The notes under the pieces are model-generated. The model did no database searches. It saw only the letters and a program-made list of their open reading frames with translations, and had not been told where the DNA came from. DNA of 64,000 nt from positions 372,001-436,000 of the forward strand of contig OY253672.1 of NCBI GenBank assembly GCA_958009085.1, given 5' to 3'. Of this stretch, positions 58,871 to 64,000 are shown one piece after another. This DNA comes from Protoeuglena noctilucae (taxonomy: Eukaryota). Position numbers and translations under genes: made by a program. Within the stretch, counting starts at the first letter, position 1; every line of letters begins with the position of its first letter.

Positions 58871-61800
58871 TCAAGCCCGCGCTGCTGCCACCGGACGCCT
58901 CGCATGGCCACCCACGCCGCCCTGCCCCGGCCCCTCCAACTCCTCGCTCAGCTCCCCCACCTCCCCGTCCCCCGCCCCTCCCCCATCGTAGTCCAAATCC
59001 TCCTCCACCTCCCTCACCAGCGCCATGCTGTCCATGCGGCCCCACGCCCCGTCGCCCGGAGGCTCCAGCGGTGCCTCCCCCGCCCCACCGCCCACCCCGC
59101 TGGACGTGCAGGTGGGCGGCGAAACGAACGACTCTGGCACCCCGGAGCGGATGGAGGTGAGCTTCTCGGGCACGCGGCCGCTCGTGGTCGGCAGGGCGCC
59201 GGGCTCGGGGCCACTTCGGTCCAGGCGGAAGGAAGAGCTCCTCAGGCGCTGCATGCGCACCGCGGACGAGTCAACTTGGATCGCCGGGGCTGCGGGGGCC
59301 GCCGGGGCCGTGGCCGCCGCGGAACCCGGCGCGTCGCGGCCGATGGAGTTGACGCGCCACTCGGCGCCGCTGCGGGAGGACGAGCTGAGGCGAGAGGGGC
59401 GGTAGGCGCCGCTGCTCGACGCCCGACGTGCCAGCAGCGCCATGGCGCCCAGGGCCTCGCCAGACCCCATCGCCGCCCCGGCGGCGAGGGACGGGACACC
59501 CTTAGGGCTCCCAGGCTCGTCAGACACCAGCCCGTCCGCACCCCACCCGCCCACCCCATTGTCGCTTTGGTCCGCGCCCCCCGCATCGTCGCTGGCTGTG
59601 GACAGGCCCTTCCTCGTCAGCTCCCTCTCGACCATGACCTTGAGTTCCCGACGCATGGAGGTGATCTTGCGATGGATGGCCTCCTCGACCTCCCGCCACT
59701 CGTCGCCCAGGTCTGGGGGTGGAGGCACGAAGGGCGACGGTCACACGCAGGTGTCCATTCTAGCACGATATGCGCATTTGTCAGGCGACCCGCAACGCAG
59801 ATATTGGAGGCGAGCAGTAGTGAGGGTCGGCATCCTTGCAGGCAACCGTGATGCAGACTGCCCTGTCCACCACACCCCCTCCCACCCCTCACCGCTGTCC
59901 GTGTCGAGTCCGTCGCCCTCCGCGTCCCCCTCGGACACCAAATCGAGGTCGCCCGTGTCCGTCGACCCTACTGACACATAGTCCCTCACGTCGTCGACCC
60001 TCGGGGGGCTCGGCACGCGCACCGGCTCTGGCGCGGGGACGCTCGGGACCTGGAAGTCCTCTTCTCTAGACATGGACACGTCCGGGTGCGCCCCGTCCAG
60101 CCCCAGGCGCAGGTGCACGTACCCGCCCCGGCCCGCCACCAGCGCCACCCGCACCGTACCAACCAGCTCCGCCCGCCGACGCTCCGCCGCCGCCGCCGCC
60201 TCCTGCCGCGCCCGCGCCTCCTCCTCGCGCGCTTTCTCCTCGGCAGCACGGCGCTCACGGGCCCTGCGGAGACACACAAGGGTGGCACTGGTCATAAAGC
60301 ACGCGTTGCGCGGCGCAGCAACACTGACCCCTCTCACCACCCCGCACCAACTCACCTCTGTTTCAAGCTCCCCGGGCTCTCTTGTTCCTTGACCTCCTCC
60401 ACTGGCGCCGCCTTCTTCCTCTTCTCTTCTGGCACCAGCTTGGGTATGAGCACGGCCGGCTGGTACCGATGCATCTCCGCCCTCCGCCTCTCAAGTTCCT
60501 CCACCAGCCGCCGCCGCTCCCTCTCCTGCTCCTCCTCCAGCTCCGCTTGCAGGCGCTCGTGCAGGGGCACGCGGCCCCGGATGCGGCCGATCTCAGCGCG
60601 ATAGGCCTTCTCACGCTCCTGGGAGAGGTGAGAGAGAAGGGAGGGGGTGTTGGGTCTAGAATGGAGATAACGAGGGTGCAGAGAGCAAGGGTGGACAGGG
60701 CAGATGTGCAGAGAGAGCAGAGGTGCAGGGAGAGCAAGCGATGGAGGGCGCCAATGGGAGTGTGGCAGCATCGAAGCAAACAGCGAGTGACCGTACCGAG
60801 ACCACCCTGCGCTCCCTCACCTCCAGTTCCCTCTTCCGCGCCTCCCTCAGCTCCTCCTCCCTCCGCAGCCGCTCCTCCAGCGCCCGTGACTTCTCCGCTC
60901 GCACCGTCTCCTCCGCCTCGCGCCTCGCGATTTCATCGGCCTCACGGCGACGCTGCTCCGCCTCCTCGCGCGCGCGGCGGCGCTCCCGCTTCTGCCGCTC
61001 CCACTCCCGGCGGCGCTCCAGCTCAGCTGCGGGGGGCGACAATGGATGGTGGGTGTCGACATTGGGGAGTGCTGTGCACTGTGCTGAGGGAGTCTTTCGC
61101 TGCTCCTGCTACCCGGCAGCGTCGAGGCAGCATGCAGCGAGGCGATCGTGATGGAGTGCATGTGGTTCTCACCTTCGTCGGGCTGGGACACCTGCACTTG
61201 GTCCGGGCGGGGCTTGCTCCGGCGCTTCTCCCGCTCCCCGCGGTCGAAGAGCGTCCAGGATGGCGCGTGCATCAACGCAGCCTTGCGCGCCCGCGGTGGG
61301 GATGGGTCCTGCTCTGCGCGGGCATCCGCACGGTCCCCACGGCCCTCGGTCGTGGACACCTGCACCGTCACGCGGCCGTCCGCGCGGACTGCGGGACAGG
61401 GAGCGAAACGCCTGACATGAGACGCGCTGCTATTCGCGTGACTCATCGCGAGGAGCGTCCCGTGGCAAGGCCCGCCATGGTATGCAGTCGATGTCGCCCA
61501 GTACCCTGCGTTCCAGTCCTCACCCTTCATGTCCACATCGACGGCGTCGCCCGCGCCCTCCGCCGCACGCGCCGACGCCCGGCGCACGCGCGACCGGGCC
61601 CCCCGCCCCTCGGCGCTCCTGCCTCGCGCCGCTGCCTCGCGACCCTCGTCCCTTGCCCCAACGCGACCCTCCCGCACCGGACCACCCCCGTTCGCCGCCA
61701 TCGCACTCGGCGGGCCCGCACCCGGTCCCTCAGCTCCCTTGGCTTTTTTGGGCCCCCGCCGGACGCGCGCCGGGGCAGGCACGGGCGCCGCCCCCTGCTG

Positions 61801-63517
61801 CCGCCCTGTGGAGTCGTACCTTCGACCGTCCTTGCCCACATGGAGCACCTCGTACCCAACGCCATCGTCCACGATCGCCCCGCCACCCCCGCGCCGCTTG
61901 CTCTGCGGACGGCGACTCCCACGATGAGTCCCACGATGGGTATGCACCTGAGCATTGCCACGCATCTCCCACCCACCAACACACATCTCACCTCGTTCCG
62001 CCTCGTCGATGGCTCCAAATCCCGGTCCACGTAATCCGCGATGCTCGTGGCGGGCAGCGCTGGTCCCGGGGGTCCCCGGGGCTGCGCGCGCCTTTGCTCC
62101 GGGAGTGGGCGGGCCCCGGGGCTGTGCGCCCCGGCGATGGGCGGCAGCGTCACGCCAGCCGGCGACGCCGGGCTCCCCACGTCCACGAGCCGCTGCGCCT
62201 CGGCCCTGCGCTGCTGCCGGAGGGACTTCTCCTGCTCCAGTTTCTCCCATTGCGCTCTCAAGTGGTCCGCACGCGCGCGCAGCTCCGCCAGATTGCCGGC
62301 CGGCTTCTGCGGGGGGCGACGGGGCATGCCAGTCAGCAATTACCGCGCGCCATATGCAGCGTCACGTGCTCTGCCATGCAGCCACCCAGGCAGACCAGCG
62401 GCGGGGACACAGGCAGGACTCTGCTTATGGCTGAATATGGACAAACGGTGTTGCTGGTGGCTATGGCCACGCTCCACGTCACCTTGGCGGCGTCCGTCTC
62501 GACCGGCAGCGGCCCGCGCTCCACCATGGTCCCCAGCTGCTTGTCCAGGGCCTGCAAGCGCTCCTGGATCGTCTGCGTCATTTGGACTTGACGCGGGGAC
62601 GCAGTGGCGAGCGCCTCCGGGGCAGCGGAGGGACCCGTAGGGGCGCCAGCGGACGCGCCGGGAGGTCCGGGCGCCGGCATCGGGGGCCCTCGGCCGGCCA
62701 ACACTGCAACCCCCGAGGGTACCCGTCCGGGCTGGACAGGCGGGCCTCGCCCCGGCATGACGGGGGGGCCGCGGCCTGGCATGGACTGCCCCGGGGGAGC
62801 GCGGCCTGGCTGCGGGGCGCCGCGCCCCGGCATGGGAGCCAACTGAGCCGGAGGGCCGGCCTGCTGCGTGGGCGCAGGGCCGCCAGGCCCTGGCTGCACC
62901 GGCATGCCGGGCGGGCCACCCGGGCCAGCCGGCGGACCCCAGGGACACATGGGTGGGCCGCCCGTGGGCCCCGCCGCTTGCGCCGGGCCCTGCTGCGGCG
63001 CCCACGCGACCCCCGGCTGCCACCCAGGTGGTGGGCCCCGCCCAGGCATCGGTGCCCCGCGCCCCGGCTGCCAGCCGGGCGGAGGGCCACGGCCCGGCGC
63101 TGGGCCTCCGGGACCGAGCCCTGGGCCTCCGGGACCGAGCCCTGGGCCTCCGGGACCGAGCCCTGGGCCTCCGGGACCGAGCCCTGCAGGAGGCGCGGAC
63201 GCGGGCCCAGCGACGGGTGCGCCAGCCTGCATGTCCCCACGCCCGCTCCCCTGGGGAGGGCCCTTGTCACCGGCCCCGGAGCTGCTTGGACCTTCTGGCG
63301 CTGCAGGTGGGTGGAGGATGAAGTACAACTTTACAAGGGCCCCTCATGGGCACGCGGGCTCTGCTGGCGGTTGTGGCAAGGGCCCCGACGCTGGCGCACC
63401 TTCCGAGTTCAGCGCACCCAGCGCCTTTGCCACCCCGCGGGCCTTGCGGTGCTTGTCCGTTTCGGAGTCGACTCTCTCAGCATCGACACCTTCCTCCTTA
63501 GAGCTCCCGGCGCCCAT
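58871..63517 (-). CDS. Hypothetical multi-exon protein: MGAGSS N-terminus, Pro/Gly PGRG-repeat region, charged coiled coil
   Basis: Exon 63517-63400 splices to 63300-62483, then phase 0 to 62306 (CTGAC branch-like motif plus CAG acceptor). E/R-rich exons follow at 60180-61020; last exon stops at 58871. Confidence 0.55.
63100..63183. repeat. Four perfect 21-nt tandem repeats (coding GLGPGGP on minus strand)
   Basis: CTGGGCCTCCGGGACCGAGCC at 63100, 63121, 63142, 63163. Confidence 0.95.
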
Positions 63518-64000
63518 CTGGGCGCGTCATGCGCAGGGCCCGTCCTACGCGGGGCACCTGCCGCGTCCCCTAGCCTGCGATGCGGCAGGCTAGGTGTTCA
63601 GACAGAGCGCTCGCGATGGGGTGCAACATACTGCAACGCAACGAGGCGTGGGGCAACCGCAATGCGCGCACATGTGTGCATGCACATTCGCGCCCTACGG
63701 CGGGCCGCAGCCGAACATCTCCCAGCTGCGCGCTCACCTTTGCGGAGCGATACCGGCAAAGCGCTGTAGCTCAAAGGCCGTGCCTGGTTGGAGTCGTGAC
63801 CCGATGCTTAGCCGCTGGCGCCAAAACACCAACCGGGGGATTTCCCTGCGCAAGTTTGGAAAGAATAGCTTGGTTGAAATGGGACAGCTTCTCCTTGGTC
63901 GCGCTCTGACGCACAGATGTGCCACTGGCACGGCAACGAGGGTTTTTGGTTGAACAGTCGAATGATCGTAGCTTTCCACACACATTTCGTGCGGCGACAC

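Noticed and set aside
60382..62034. 550-aa plus-strand ORF and many similar overlapping ORFs
   Set aside because: Antisense to a spliced minus-strand gene; low-complexity translation typical of GC-rich shadow frames
63100..63183. Regular 21-nt repeats as a possible CRISPR array
   Set aside because: No spacers; in-frame coding tandem repeat in a eukaryotic gene
1..64000. tRNA, rRNA, transposase or viral genes
   Set aside because: None recognised by eye; covariance-model and repeat searches were not run

Overview
GC-rich, gene-dense eukaryotic nuclear DNA with short spliceosomal introns, most consistent with a flagellate green alga (plastid-targeted RPL24 and YlmG, BBS3/ARL6); the exact lineage cannot be fixed from this window. 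The first 29 kb (minus strand, running off the left edge) is one giant spliced modular type I polyketide synthase of roughly 8,900 aa within the window. I read it as acyl-CoA ligase-ACP2 | KS-DH-ER-KR-ACP | KS-DH-ER-KR-ACP4 | KS-DH-ER-KR-ACP2 | KS-(DH0)-ACP | KS*-DH-ACP2 | TE-TE0, with no acyltransferase domain and a +1 G frameshift in a homopolymer at ~10070. The rest of the window holds a GAT-like/DLLDL protein, SDH1, plastid RPL24, an SDR, a small protein with two CxH-CxxC repeats, ARL6/BBS3, a coiled-coil protein, a GH32 beta-fructofuranosidase, YlmG, a BT1 folate/biopterin transporter, CSN4, DUF924, a Gly-rich membrane protein and a probably myristoylated Pro/Gly-rich coiled-coil protein. 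About 10 of ~54 manually placed introns use GC-AG donors. All exon models and family calls were made by eye; no database search was run.
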